From Candidatus Komeilibacteria bacterium RIFOXYD1_FULL_37_29 (GTDB lineage Bacteria > Patescibacteriota > Patescibacteriia > UBA1558 > GWA2-36-10): a DNA stretch of 64,000 nucleotides. Each line of letters begins with the position of its first letter. Position 1 is the first letter of the stretch. Positions 47,894 to 57,740 of the stretch are shown here, one piece after another. The notes beneath the pieces were generated by a model, which had not been told where the DNA came from, made no database searches, and saw only the letters and a program-made list of their open reading frames with translations. The stretch is taken from assembly GCA_001818495.1 (NCBI GenBank), contig MHKS01000004.1, forward strand, positions 161,235 to 225,234. The letters are read 5' to 3'. Made by a program: the position numbers and the translations under genes.

Positions 47894-50006
47894 ATTCGTT
47901 GATAGCTAAGAGGTAGAGGTGTTGGTTGTTGAGAAGATAAATGGCTTTTTCTTCTGGGTCAACTGCCAAGTCTTTTAAGGCATCAAATTTTTGACTGGCA
48001 TACTGATCTTTGATGTTGCCATCTTTGTCTAAGATAATCACTCGATAATTACCTGGATCAATGATGTATAGATAATTGGAGTCTCTAAAGGTTTTAATAA
48101 TTGCTCCTGAGCCGATAATTGGCCGAGGAACATGATAATCAAAGGGCTCTAGCGATCCTTTTAGGAAATTTTGGATTTTGCCGTCATTGGCTATTAGATA
48201 AACACTGCCATCAATAGTAATACTGGAAGCTTGGGAAGTGTCTACTTCTTTTTTGAGCCAGGGTTGTCCGTTGGCAAAACCATTGCCACTTTCGGGGTAT
48301 TTGAAGATCTGATTATTTTTGTCATCTAGGACATATAAGTTATTGCCATAAATGACCAAATCTTTAACCGAAGTATTACTGCTATTTTGTTTTAAATCAC
48401 CGATAATTTGTTTTTTGTCTAAATCAAAAATAATATAGCTTATTTCATTGGTGGCGCTTAAAGTACTGACTACCACACGGTTTTTTTCCGGCCAATCAGT
48501 CATGGAATTGGCCACTTGTCCGCCGGCAAAGTTAAATATTTCTTCTAGTAGATCATCGGTTATTTTATAAAGTTTATTGTCGGCTAGTATATAAAATATA
48601 CCTTCTTTTTGTACTATATCTTGAGAATTGGTGATGTTGGCGCTCATGTCAAATTTTTCCAAAGGAGAGGGGACCACATTGATGTGGCGGACATCATTTA
48701 TCTTGTGGAAAAGTGTTTCAGATAATTTATCAATCTGGGTTTGTTGATCTGGTGAGCTGGGAACCATTTGGGCTATGAGTCCTTCAATTTCTAGCAAAAT
48801 ATTTTCAGCTGCTTGCTCATCATTGTAGATCAATTTAGCATCGACTTCTTGATATTTGGTTTCTATATCTACCAGTAGTTTATTGAAATTTTCATTTTTG
48901 GTATCATCAGCTTTTTCTTGGGTCAAAAATACCAAGCTTTGCAAAAATATCAGGATAACTACAAAGAGCATAATGATACCGATTTTCTTTTTGGTGCTTA
49001 AATTTTGAAACCAAAAATATTTTTGATTGGTGATTTCCTTGATATTATCAATAGTTTTTTCTTCTTTGTTTTTTCTAAATTTTGTAGAGAACACAAAGAG
49101 CCAAGCAAACTTTATTTTTTTGCCGATCAAGGAAAACATAGACCAGAGAGTCTTAAAATATAATGCGGTGAGAGAAAGTATAGAACTAGTTTTTTTGATT
49201 ACGCCTACATTTTTAAGACCACCCAGATCTACTACGGTTTTGGTGCGGGGGAGACTACTATGGTAATTTTGATCGGGCAGTGGTTTGATAGTGTCTTTTA
49301 TTTCCAAATCATCGCGGTCAATCGGTTTTTTGATTTCTCCGGGGGTCAGCTCCCTATCAGTAATGGCCGATTTTTTAATAATCAAGGAGTTGAAGGTTAC
49401 AAAATCTGGCACAGTTTCCAAAAGCTCGTTGATTTTTATGGCAGCGGCTGATGGTGAATATTGGCCGGTCAGCTGTTTTATTTTTTCTTTGGAAATGTAG
49501 TCAAACAAAGATTCAGTCGAAACAATCAAAGCATCTCCGTCGTCTAGCTCGCCACTGATTATATCGGAAAATATTTTATGGGGATTGATATTGCTGTTTT
49601 TGGACATGATAGTAGTCAGTTGTTTACTATGTATCAAGAGTCCACGGATATTTCCAATACCGGCCATAAAGACATTGTTATTGTAGATAATGCCAACGCT
49701 TAAATCCAGAGTATTAATCCAATTGGGTATTTTGACCGCTGAGCTCATTTCCGGCAAAAGCTGGTTGATTTGCTGGAGTAGCTCTTCTAGTAGTGTTTCG
49801 GGGTTTTCCTGATGGCTAGTATCAAAATAAGTGGCCACTTCATTGATTAGTTGGTCGATATAGGGTTGTTGGTCTATTTTTTGTTTGGGTAATTCTAGGA
49901 TAATAAATAAGCGACCATGATCAGAGGAGTCGCTGGTATATACTTCAGAAAGCTCCCGAGCGTTGATATGGTCGTGAGTAAAGATTTTGTGGTATTTTAA
50001 GCCCAT
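47892..50006 (-). CDS. Membrane protein: PP2C-like N-terminal fold, TM, C-terminal beta-propeller-like domain
   Basis: SGELDDGDALIVSTESLFD resembles the PP2C core; NLYVLD, SVYLI, YLYIID, AIYLL blade motifs. Confidence 0.6.
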   Translation of the reverse strand: MGLKYHKIFTHDHINARELSEVYTSDSSDHGRLFIILELPKQKIDQQPYIDQLINEVATYFDTSHQENPETLLEELLQQINQLLPEMSSAVKIPNWINTLDLSVGIIYNNNVFMAGIGNIRGLLIHSKQLTTIMSKNSNINPHKIFSDIISGELDDGDALIVSTESLFDYISKEKIKQLTGQYSPSAAAIKINELLETVPDFVTFNSLIIKKSAITDRELTPGEIKKPIDRDDLEIKDTIKPLPDQNYHSSLPRTKTVVDLGGLKNVGVIKKTSSILSLTALYFKTLWSMFSLIGKKIKFAWLFVFSTKFRKNKEEKTIDNIKEITNQKYFWFQNLSTKKKIGIIMLFVVILIFLQSLVFLTQEKADDTKNENFNKLLVDIETKYQEVDAKLIYNDEQAAENILLEIEGLIAQMVPSSPDQQTQIDKLSETLFHKINDVRHINVVPSPLEKFDMSANITNSQDIVQKEGIFYILADNKLYKITDDLLEEIFNFAGGQVANSMTDWPEKNRVVVSTLSATNEISYIIFDLDKKQIIGDLKQNSSNTSVKDLVIYGNNLYVLDDKNNQIFKYPESGNGFANGQPWLKKEVDTSQASSITIDGSVYLIANDGKIQNFLKGSLEPFDYHVPRPIIGSGAIIKTFRDSNYLYIIDPGNYRVIILDKDGNIKDQYASQKFDALKDLAVDPEEKAIYLLNNQHLYLLAINE

Positions 50007-50079
50007 TATTTTACTTTTATGGCAATTAATATTATACTATATTTGAGTATTTTAGTAAATAAATTCCGTTAGAAATACT

Positions 50080-50688
50080 ATGCTTGAACAAATCCTTAGT
50101 TCAGTCGCTCGGACTAAGATACTAAAATTTTTTTGTGTGCATTCTAAGGAGAAATTTTTTGTCAGAGAGCTGGCTAGGCGTCTTAATGTCCAATTAAATT
50201 CTATTCGCCGTGAATTGGCCAATTTGGAAAAATTTGGTTTTCTCAAATCAGAAGAACAAACTTCTAAAAAATATTATTATGCCAACCTGGGGTTTTCTTT
50301 ATTTCCGGAAATAAAGAATTTAGTTTTTAAATCTTTGGCTCTGGAAGAAATGGATACAGCTGGTCGCATGTCCAAGGTAGACGGTTTAAAACTTTTGGTC
50401 TTTACCGGAGTTTTGGCTGAATCACCAGCTTCGACAGATGTTTTGATTGTCGGTAAAGTAGATAAAACTAAATTTGATAAGTATCTAAGAAAAATTGCCG
50501 AGGGTTTACCGGAGGACTTGCGCTATACTTTTTTGCCTTTACAAGAGTATTTGTACCGCACCGAAATTACTGACAAGTTTATCTACGACATTTGGGCCAA
50601 TAAGCATGTGGTGGTAGTGGACAAAATATCCAAAGGCATAGAACTAAAACGCTTGGAAGATTATCAATTTAAGCATTTTAAAGAATAA
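50080..50688 (+). CDS. Winged-helix protein with nucleotidyltransferase-like C-terminal domain
   Basis: FVRELARRL...NSIRRELANLE helix-turn-helix; TDVLIVG. Confidence 0.65.
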   Translation: MLEQILSSVARTKILKFFCVHSKEKFFVRELARRLNVQLNSIRRELANLEKFGFLKSEEQTSKKYYYANLGFSLFPEIKNLVFKSLALEEMDTAGRMSKVDGLKLLVFTGVLAESPASTDVLIVGKVDKTKFDKYLRKIAEGLPEDLRYTFLPLQEYLYRTEITDKFIYDIWANKHVVVVDKISKGIELKRLEDYQFKHFKE

Positions 50689-50689
50689 T

Positions 50690-50995
50690 ATGAGTAAAAG
50701 CAAATTGGGTATTTTATTAATGGTGATTGGAGCATTGTTTACTATTTTTTCATTAACATTACGTTTAGCAAAATTTGGATGTTGTACGTCATTTTCTGGT
50801 GTAAAATTTGGTAGTGCCATTAATGTTTGGGTAAGTAATAGTCAGTATAATGATAGCGCATGTATTTGTAATCCATTGGCTTTAGTAGAACCAAATCATT
50901 ATTATATTCCAGTAGAATTTATAATAGTAGGATTGATAATATTCTTTATCGGTTTTAGGGTTTACTTGAAAGAAAAAAGAGTAAATAATGATTAA
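50690..50995 (+). CDS. Small two-TM hypothetical protein with Cys-containing loop
   Basis: Two hydrophobic segments; coupled to neighbouring genes. Confidence 0.55.
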   Translation: MSKSKLGILLMVIGALFTIFSLTLRLAKFGCCTSFSGVKFGSAINVWVSNSQYNDSACICNPLALVEPNHYYIPVEFIIVGLIIFFIGFRVYLKEKRVNND

Positions 50996-51004
50996 TAATT
51001 ATTT

Positions 51005-51289
51005 ATGTGGGAACACTTAAATAAAAAAGAACAGCTTCATTTTCTTAGACTTTGGATCAAAAAGATAACCAAAAAGCATACAGATTTTTCTATTAAAAGA
51101 CATATTGTCAAACATGCTAAAGAAATTTATCAAAAAGATCCGAGAAAGTGGTCAGCCAGTATGAGGAATCTTTTAGAAATTTTTGAAGGTATACACAATA
51201 TCAAACCACATCCAGCCGAACAATTAGAGAGATTGAATAATAAATATCAAAAAGATAAACATCGATATACTGCTCCGCCCAAGAATTAA
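51005..51289 (+). CDS. Hypothetical basic protein
   Basis: 94-aa ORF in operon-like spacing. Confidence 0.55.
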   Translation: MWEHLNKKEQLHFLRLWIKKITKKHTDFSIKRHIVKHAKEIYQKDPRKWSASMRNLLEIFEGIHNIKPHPAEQLERLNNKYQKDKHRYTAPPKN

Positions 51290-51302
51290 ATAATTATTAT
51301 AA

Positions 51303-51731
51303 ATGATTTTAGTTTTAAATGTATTAAATGATACAAGAGGAGCTTGGCTGATAGTCAGAGATAGCCAAGTTATTTTGTCTCATAATTTTGCAATAGTCAG
51401 GGGAGAGGATCAGAGCTTGAGGCATTTGCAAAAGTTTTTAAGAGATAATAAATTATCGCTTAAAGATTTAAAAGGTTTGATATTTTTGATAAAGGAAGCG
51501 AGCTTAACGCAGATAAAAGTACTGACCACTATGGTCAATACTTTAGCTTGGCAATGTGCTTGGCCCATTGTGGCTGATTATTATTTTAAAGAAGACAATG
51601 ATCAAGCTTTAGCTAAAGCTTTAAAAAAAATCGCCAAGATAAAAAAATTTAAAGCGATTAGCCCTGAGTATCAGCGTCAGGCGGAGATTACTATTTCTCA
51701 AAAAAAATTTAAGTATACTATTAACAACTAA
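51303..51731 (+). CDS. Short TsaB-like protein
   Basis: LSLKDLKGL...ASLTQIKV...VNTLAW and C-terminal PEY resemble a degenerate TsaB N-terminal domain. Confidence 0.5.
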   Translation: MILVLNVLNDTRGAWLIVRDSQVILSHNFAIVRGEDQSLRHLQKFLRDNKLSLKDLKGLIFLIKEASLTQIKVLTTMVNTLAWQCAWPIVADYYFKEDNDQALAKALKKIAKIKKFKAISPEYQRQAEITISQKKFKYTINN

Positions 51732-51788
51732 TTAAATATTTTTATCTTCGAAACACTACTTGGGAGCAGGTAGTGTTTTGTGTTGTAT

Positions 51789-51918
51789 TTATGCACAGCT
51801 ATGTGGATAAGTAGAGCTGGTATTTATATTGACTCTTTGGCTAATGGTGGGGTATAATGTATTTAACTCCCACGGAAGTGGAAAAAAGTGGGGAATTTAT
51901 AAAAATAACTGTGGATAA
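51789..51918 (+). promoter_or_regulatory. dcw promoter with MraZ boxes and DnaA boxes
   Basis: TTGACT-18-TATAAT (51829-51858); GTGG(G) at 51847, 51878, 51888; TGTGGATAA at 51802 and 51910; TTATGCACA at 51789. Confidence 0.7.
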
Positions 51919-51929
51919 GTATTCTCGCT

Positions 51930-52361
51930 ATGTTTATTGGTGAATATAAGTATAATCTGGATGATAAAAATCGTTTAGCCTTACCTAGCAAGTTTAGGAA
52001 TCTTTTTACATCGGGGGCAGTTATTACCAAAGGATTGGATAATTGTTTATTTATCTATACTGATAAAGAATGGAAAAAGTTGGCTGATAAGTTGGCCAAT
52101 TTACCTTTTTCTCAAGCCAAATCTAGAGCTTTCTCCCGTATGATGCTAGCCGGAGCGATGGATGCTACTTTGGATAAACAGGGACGAATTATCCTACCTG
52201 ATTACTTGAAAGATTTTGCCGGACTAAGTAAGAAAGTGGTAGTAGCCGGTTTGTATAATCGTTTAGAAGTTTGGGATGAAAAAGTCTGGTCTAAATATCA
52301 GCGCACTTCTGAGAAAGATTCCAACGAGATTGCCGAAGGCCTGGTCGATTTAGGAATTTAA
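51930..52361 (+). CDS. mraZ: Transcriptional repressor MraZ
   Basis: MFIGEY, DDKNRLALP, DKQGRIILP. Confidence 0.96.
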   Translation: MFIGEYKYNLDDKNRLALPSKFRNLFTSGAVITKGLDNCLFIYTDKEWKKLADKLANLPFSQAKSRAFSRMMLAGAMDATLDKQGRIILPDYLKDFAGLSKKVVVAGLYNRLEVWDEKVWSKYQRTSEKDSNEIAEGLVDLGI

Positions 52362-52363
52362 TC

Positions 52364-53326
52364 ATGACAGAGTATCAGCATACCAGTGTACTTGTGGAGG
52401 AGCTGATAGATTTACTGGCGCCCCAGAGCAACGGTAATTATATTGATCTTACTTTGGGCGGTGGTGGGCACAGTCAGGCTATTTTAGAAAAAACTGGACC
52501 CGATGGAAAAGTATTGGCCTTTGAGTTAGATGGTCGGGCCATTTCTGCCAGTCAGGATAAATTAAAAAAATATCAGAATCGATTGATCATTATAAATAGC
52601 AGTTACGTAAATTTACAAGCAGAATTTAACAGACAAAAAATCAACATTTCAGGGATAGTCGCAGATTTAGGTTTGTCGTCTGACCAATTGGATAAAGCGG
52701 AAAGAGGCTTTTCTTTTAAGGATCATGGCTCACTGGACATGAGGTTTGATCCAAATGGTCAGACACTTACCGCCTCAGATATTGTTACAGATTACACTGA
52801 GGAGCAAATTTTAAAAATATTTCAGGAGTATGGTGAAGTAAAACAGGCTAAACGCCTGGCCAGGGGTCTTGTATCTTGGCGAAAAAACTTGGACAAACAA
52901 AAACAAAAACCCATAAAAACTTCCATGCTTGTCGGCGCCATACTCCAAATATTGAATATCAAAGAGGACAATTTAAAAAGATTTCGTATCCATCCGGCTA
53001 CGCAGGTATTTCAAGCTCTGCGCATTGCCGTAAACGATGAATTAAATAATTTAAAAAAAGTTTTGCCGCAAGCCTATCAAACACTGCCTTCTGGTGGGCG
53101 TCTGGCAGTGATCAGTTTTCATTCTCTTGAAGATCGCATTGTCAAGCAATATTTCAAGAAAATGACACAAGGATGCATCTGCCCGCCAGAAACTCCGGTT
53201 TGTCGGTGTAATAATCAACCCAAAATCAGATTAGTCAATAAAAAGGCTATCAGGCCTAGTGCAGTGGAGATTAGTAAAAATCCTCGTAGCCGTAGTGCGA
53301 TCCTGAGAGTAATAGAAAAAATATAA
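52364..53326 (+). CDS. rsmH: 16S rRNA m4C1402 methyltransferase
   Basis: TLGGGGHS, DLGLSS, FQALRIAVN, FHSLEDR, NPRSRSA. Confidence 0.96.
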   Translation: MTEYQHTSVLVEELIDLLAPQSNGNYIDLTLGGGGHSQAILEKTGPDGKVLAFELDGRAISASQDKLKKYQNRLIIINSSYVNLQAEFNRQKINISGIVADLGLSSDQLDKAERGFSFKDHGSLDMRFDPNGQTLTASDIVTDYTEEQILKIFQEYGEVKQAKRLARGLVSWRKNLDKQKQKPIKTSMLVGAILQILNIKEDNLKRFRIHPATQVFQALRIAVNDELNNLKKVLPQAYQTLPSGGRLAVISFHSLEDRIVKQYFKKMTQGCICPPETPVCRCNNQPKIRLVNKKAIRPSAVEISKNPRSRSAILRVIEKI

Positions 53327-53336
53327 AGTATATATT

Positions 53337-53660
53337 ATGTTGAAAACAAAAACAAAAATAATGAATATTTGGCAATTTGCCAAAAGGGGCAATACTTTCA
53401 TGGTGGTTGGTTTGGTTTTATTACTGATGACCATGCTAGTTTCTACCAATTATGCCAACAGTCAATCTCTTGAGAGAAATGAGCTCAGCAAAAATGTGCA
53501 AATAGCTGAAGATGACTTGAGGTTATTTAATGCCGAAGTCAGTCGCTTACAGGCTACCGAAAGGCTAGAGCAGGAAAGCCAGAGATTGAATTTGGTAAAG
53601 ATCCAGACCAATGACATCTACTATTTATCTGGTGATGATGATTTGGTGGCTTTGAAATAA
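53337..53660 (+). CDS. FtsL-like cell division protein
   Basis: TM plus coiled coil, located between rsmH and the class B PBP. Confidence 0.6.
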   Translation: MLKTKTKIMNIWQFAKRGNTFMVVGLVLLLMTMLVSTNYANSQSLERNELSKNVQIAEDDLRLFNAEVSRLQATERLEQESQRLNLVKIQTNDIYYLSGDDDLVALK

Positions 53661-53673
53661 AAATTAATTACTT

Positions 53674-55488
53674 ATGAATTTTTTTAGATCTCAGAATTTT
53701 AAGATATCTGTTTTTAGAATAAATGCCCTAGCTTGGGGTATTTTTTTCTTGATGCTACTTATTATTGGGCGCCTTTTTTATGTCCAAATTTTGGGCAATG
53801 AATATTATTTTAATCTGGGATTAGATCAAAGATCAATAGTCAAAGATATCAAGCCAGAAAGAGGGCGGATCTATGCCATAGTCAATGATGAAAGCAGTGA
53901 GCTCTATCCTTTAGCTGTTAATCAAGTTTATTATGAAATCAGTGTTGACCCCTCCAAGATTACCAGACCGCAAAATGTGGCTGATATTTTTAGCCAGGCC
54001 CTAGAGATTAGTGATCCGGTTGAGCAGTCAAAAATTTTGGACAAGCTGAAAAAAGAGAATAGATTTTATGAGCTTATCGCCAAAGATGTGCCACTGGAAA
54101 AAGTCGAGCCGATTAAAGCTAGTTTGGAGCAGTTGCGCTTTGATATTAATAAAGAAAAATCGGAAAAGGAGCAAATAAAGGATTTGAGTGGTTTGGGAGT
54201 CAATTTTGTAAAAAATGTTTTGCGCTATTATCCAGATAAAGAAATTGGAGCACATATTTTGGGATTTTTGGGCTACGATGAGCAGGGTCTTGATCGAGTG
54301 GGCAAATATGGTCTAGAGGGGTATTTTGAAAATATTTTGTCTGGATCGGAAGGACAAGTGAAAGGTGAAGCAGATGTAGCTGGTCGGCTTTTGAGTGGCG
54401 ATGATGGCCAGGCGGCTGAAAACGGAGCGGATATAATATTGACCATTGATCGCACAGTCCAATACGCTGCTTGTCGGGCTCTAGAGAAATCTGTAGCACA
54501 GCATGAAGCCAAGTCTGGTACAGTGATTATTATGGAAACAGCCACTGGTGCAATTTTGGCTATGTGTAATTATCCCAGTTTTGATCCCAATAATTATAGC
54601 CAAGTAGATAGCGCTGATGTTTATAACAACTGGGCCGTTTATCACAATTATGAGCCGGGTTCAGTCATGAAAGCGATTTCTATGGCCATTGCTATTGATC
54701 AGGGGAAAGTCACACCCAATACTTTATATAATGATGAAGGCGAGGTAAAATTTGCTGGTGGCTATGTAGTAAAAAATTCTGATCTCAAAGCCCATGGTAT
54801 GGTGGATATGAAAGAAGTCTTGGCGTCCTCTTTAAATACTGGTATTATTTTTGCCACCTCCGAAGTAAATAATAAAATTTTTGAAGACTATATAAAAAAG
54901 TTTGGTTTTGGTGAAAGTATGGGGCTTGATATTAGCCAAGATAGCAGGGGGGATATTTCTTCTTTAGCTAAAAGTGGTGATATTTTTAGAGCAACTGCTT
55001 CTTATGGGCAGGGTATTACTGTTACTCCTTTACAGATGGTTTCAGCTTTTAATACTATTGCCAATCGTGGTGAAATGATGAAGCCTTATATTGTCAGTCA
55101 GGTCAATTATCCTGATGGTCATCAGGAAGTTTATCAGCCAGAAAAGATTCGGCGGGTCATAGAAGCTAGTACCGCCTCTCAATTATCAGCTATGTTGGTG
55201 CATGTGGTAGACACTGGGCACTCTAAAAGAGCGGGAGTAGAGGGGTATTATGTAGCCGGAAAAACTGGTACAGCTCAGGTAGCTGATACAGCCACCGGTC
55301 AGTATCATGTCAACAAAACTATTCACAATTTTGTTGGTTTTGCTCCCAATGAAAACCCCAAATTTACTATGCTAACCAAATTGGATTATCCTACTTCGGC
55401 TGCTTTTGCCGAAAGTACAGTCGCTCCTTTATTTGGTGAAATTGCCAAATTTTTGTTAGAATACTATCAAGTAGCCCCCAATAGGTAA
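53674..55488 (+). CDS. ftsI: Class B penicillin-binding protein (FtsI-like)
   Basis: EPGSVMK (SxxK), SLN (SxN), KTGT; dcw context. Confidence 0.88.
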   Translation: MNFFRSQNFKISVFRINALAWGIFFLMLLIIGRLFYVQILGNEYYFNLGLDQRSIVKDIKPERGRIYAIVNDESSELYPLAVNQVYYEISVDPSKITRPQNVADIFSQALEISDPVEQSKILDKLKKENRFYELIAKDVPLEKVEPIKASLEQLRFDINKEKSEKEQIKDLSGLGVNFVKNVLRYYPDKEIGAHILGFLGYDEQGLDRVGKYGLEGYFENILSGSEGQVKGEADVAGRLLSGDDGQAAENGADIILTIDRTVQYAACRALEKSVAQHEAKSGTVIIMETATGAILAMCNYPSFDPNNYSQVDSADVYNNWAVYHNYEPGSVMKAISMAIAIDQGKVTPNTLYNDEGEVKFAGGYVVKNSDLKAHGMVDMKEVLASSLNTGIIFATSEVNNKIFEDYIKKFGFGESMGLDISQDSRGDISSLAKSGDIFRATASYGQGITVTPLQMVSAFNTIANRGEMMKPYIVSQVNYPDGHQEVYQPEKIRRVIEASTASQLSAMLVHVVDTGHSKRAGVEGYYVAGKTGTAQVADTATGQYHVNKTIHNFVGFAPNENPKFTMLTKLDYPTSAAFAESTVAPLFGEIAKFLLEYYQVAPNR

Positions 55489-55491
55489 AAT

Positions 55492-56757
55492 ATGCGTAAA
55501 ATACTGCATTTCATTTTAAAAATATTAGCTCGGGCCGTAATTTCCAAATATCAGCCGAGAGTTATTGGTATTACTGGTTCAGTAGGGAAGACTTCAGCCA
55601 AAGAGGCAGTTTTTACTGTTTTAAAAGAAAAATTTACTGTCCGGGCTTCCAGTAAAAATTTTAACAATGAAGTCGGCACGCCACTGACTATCTTGGGTCA
55701 GGAAAAATCTCCGGGAAAAAATATTGGCGCCTGGTTGTGGGTGTTCACGGTGTCTGTAAAGCTTCTACTCATTACAGATAAAAAATATCCGCAAGTTTTG
55801 GTTTTGGAAATGGGAGCCGATAAGCCGGGGGATATAAAATATTTAACCAGTATTGTCCAGCCGCATATCGCGGTCATTACGGCTATTGGATATAGCCATT
55901 TGGAGTTTTTTCACTCTCTGAAGAATATTATTAGAGAAAAATCTTCTATTCTAGCTGATTTGGATAAAAATGATTTGGCCGTTTTAAACAATGATGATAA
56001 AAATTTGGAAAAGATTATCGCCAATTGTCAAAGCAAGGTTTATACTTTTGGTAAAAAGGAAAATTCCAATATCAGAATGAGTGAGGTAAATATTACCCAG
56101 AGAAACAATATTTATGGTACTAGTTTTAAGTTGAGCTATGCTGGAGCAGAGGTACCGATGTTTTTACCTTATGTTTTAGGCGGACAGCATGCTCAAGCCG
56201 CTGCCACAGCCACAACCATTGCTTTGTTTATGGGGATGAATTTGGTAGAAATCGGCCAAAGACTTTTGGATTATCAACCAGCTAGAGGTCGCACCAATTT
56301 GATTCGTGGTATTAAAGAAAGCTGGATTATTGATGACACTTACAATGCTTCACCTCAATCAGCTAAGGTCGCTTTGGATATTTTATCTGCTTTGCCAGCC
56401 ACTGGACGGAAAATTGCTGTTTTGGGTGATATGCTAGAGCTGGGGTCTTTGAGCGAAGAGGGACATCAAGAAGTGGGTCGTGAGTTGGTGCGTTTGGGCA
56501 TTGATTATTTGTATGTGGTTGGAGAAAGATCTAGGGATATTGCCAGAGGTGCTAGAGAGGCTGGCATGGACAATGACTGCATTTATCACTTTGCTTTTAC
56601 CAAAGAGGTTGGAATATTTTTGCAGGAAAGAATAGAAAAACATGACATTATCTTAATCAAAGGATCCCGTGGTGCCAAAATGGAACAGGTCGTCTATGAG
56701 CTTATGGACAAGCCGTGGCTAGCCAAAGATTTGTTGGTTGGGGAAGTAGTCAAATGA
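55492..56757 (+). CDS. murF: UDP-MurNAc-tripeptide--D-Ala-D-Ala ligase
   Basis: ITGSVGKTS, NNEVG, LEMG, DDTYNASP, GDMLELG, KGSRG. Confidence 0.93.
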   Translation: MRKILHFILKILARAVISKYQPRVIGITGSVGKTSAKEAVFTVLKEKFTVRASSKNFNNEVGTPLTILGQEKSPGKNIGAWLWVFTVSVKLLLITDKKYPQVLVLEMGADKPGDIKYLTSIVQPHIAVITAIGYSHLEFFHSLKNIIREKSSILADLDKNDLAVLNNDDKNLEKIIANCQSKVYTFGKKENSNIRMSEVNITQRNNIYGTSFKLSYAGAEVPMFLPYVLGGQHAQAAATATTIALFMGMNLVEIGQRLLDYQPARGRTNLIRGIKESWIIDDTYNASPQSAKVALDILSALPATGRKIAVLGDMLELGSLSEEGHQEVGRELVRLGIDYLYVVGERSRDIARGAREAGMDNDCIYHFAFTKEVGIFLQERIEKHDIILIKGSRGAKMEQVVYELMDKPWLAKDLLVGEVVK

Positions 56758-56800
56758 CTTGACTAGTAGCCAAATATTTGTTAGAAATAGATTTGTTTTT

Positions 56801-56875
56801 GGCCCCATCGTCTAACGGTTAGGACGCCAGGTTCTCATCCTGGCAATCGGAGTTCGATTCTCCGTGGGGTCACCA
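56801..56875 (+). tRNA. tRNA-Glu (anticodon CTC)
   Basis: Cloverleaf; anticodon arm ccagg-ttCTCat-cctgg; GTTCGA T-loop; encoded CCA. Confidence 0.96.
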
Positions 56876-57031
56876 TCCAATCCTTTCCTGCCTACCGCAG
56901 GTAGACGCGAAAGGCTAGAACCAGTGTAGATTCAAGCTATAATCGGCTTGTTTTTTAAATATAAAAGGACTATCCAACAAATTATGGCTTGACGGATAAT
57001 CCTTTTAAAGACCAAAATGATTGGCTGGTCT

Positions 57032-57277
57032 TTAGTGGTTGATAGCCATATTACTGATGCGTTGTTCCACTTTCGACGGGACAGACAAAGTAATCGCGGC
57101 TTCGCCGAGACGACGTTCTATAAACGTTGAGTTGTCATATGTGACGAAGGTGACATGTCCTCTAGCCACGTCTTCCGGTCGAATAAAGGTTCTGGCTGTG
57201 CCAGCGTTGTGATCAATCAGACAGAGATTATCAGTAAAAGATATTCTGTCGATTGGATATGATGCTTGATAGGGCAT
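57032..57277 (-). CDS. Orphan protein (81 aa)
   Basis: AAGGAGG RBS; higher GC than flanks; terminator-like hairpin downstream. Confidence 0.7.
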   Translation of the reverse strand: MPYQASYPIDRISFTDNLCLIDHNAGTARTFIRPEDVARGHVTFVTYDNSTFIERRLGEAAITLSVPSKVEQRISNMAINH

Positions 57278-57330
57278 ATGAGCCTCCTTTGAAGGTGATG
57301 GGTTTATAGAAATTAATGAACTTATTTACA

Positions 57331-57495
57331 TCAACAAAATACTGACCAGTCGATGGTCAGTATTGTAAATTTTAAAAAAAATTTAGACCATCAACAGATC
57401 AATGAAAACATAACCTTCTTTTCCTTGGAAACAAAAGTTAACTGCTTGGCAGAAGGTTTTTTCAAAATCATTTTTGATGGTTGTCTGTCTAACAT
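57331..57495 (-). ncRNA. Candidate structured leader RNA with alternative terminator/antiterminator folds
   Basis: Promoter TTGACA-16-TATAAT (57529-57502), long interrupted stem 57481-57387, terminator 57364-57338; see findings. Confidence 0.5.
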
Positions 57496-57740
57496 ATAAT
57501 TATTATAGCAACAGCAAAAAAATTGTCAAAGATTTTTGGTATTTGAAAGAGGCTCAATGTTTGATCGAGCCTCTCAGATGAGGAGAAAGTGGTAGTAATA
57601 TAGTGGTCATGATAATCGGCCGGTGGGATGGAAGAGGTAGGATGGACGATTGAGTAAAATACCCAACCGACGCAGAAAATTACCGCCAGAATGATACAAA
57701 CAATCAGTCCAACGCGGCCTAGGTTTTTGTTGCTAATCAC
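57489..57740 (-). CDS. Small membrane orphan protein (3' end uncertain)
   Basis: AAGGAG RBS before GTG; N-terminal TM. The last codons overlap the next promoter. Confidence 0.55.
   Translation of the reverse strand: MISNKNLGRVGLIVCIILAVIFCVGWVFYSIVHPTSSIPPADYHDHYITTTFSSSERLDQTLSLFQIPKIFDNFFAVAIIIIC

Noticed and set aside
51789-51918. Replication origin
   Set aside because: Only three DnaA boxes, no dnaA/dnaN nearby and no clear unwinding element; better explained as promoter regulation.
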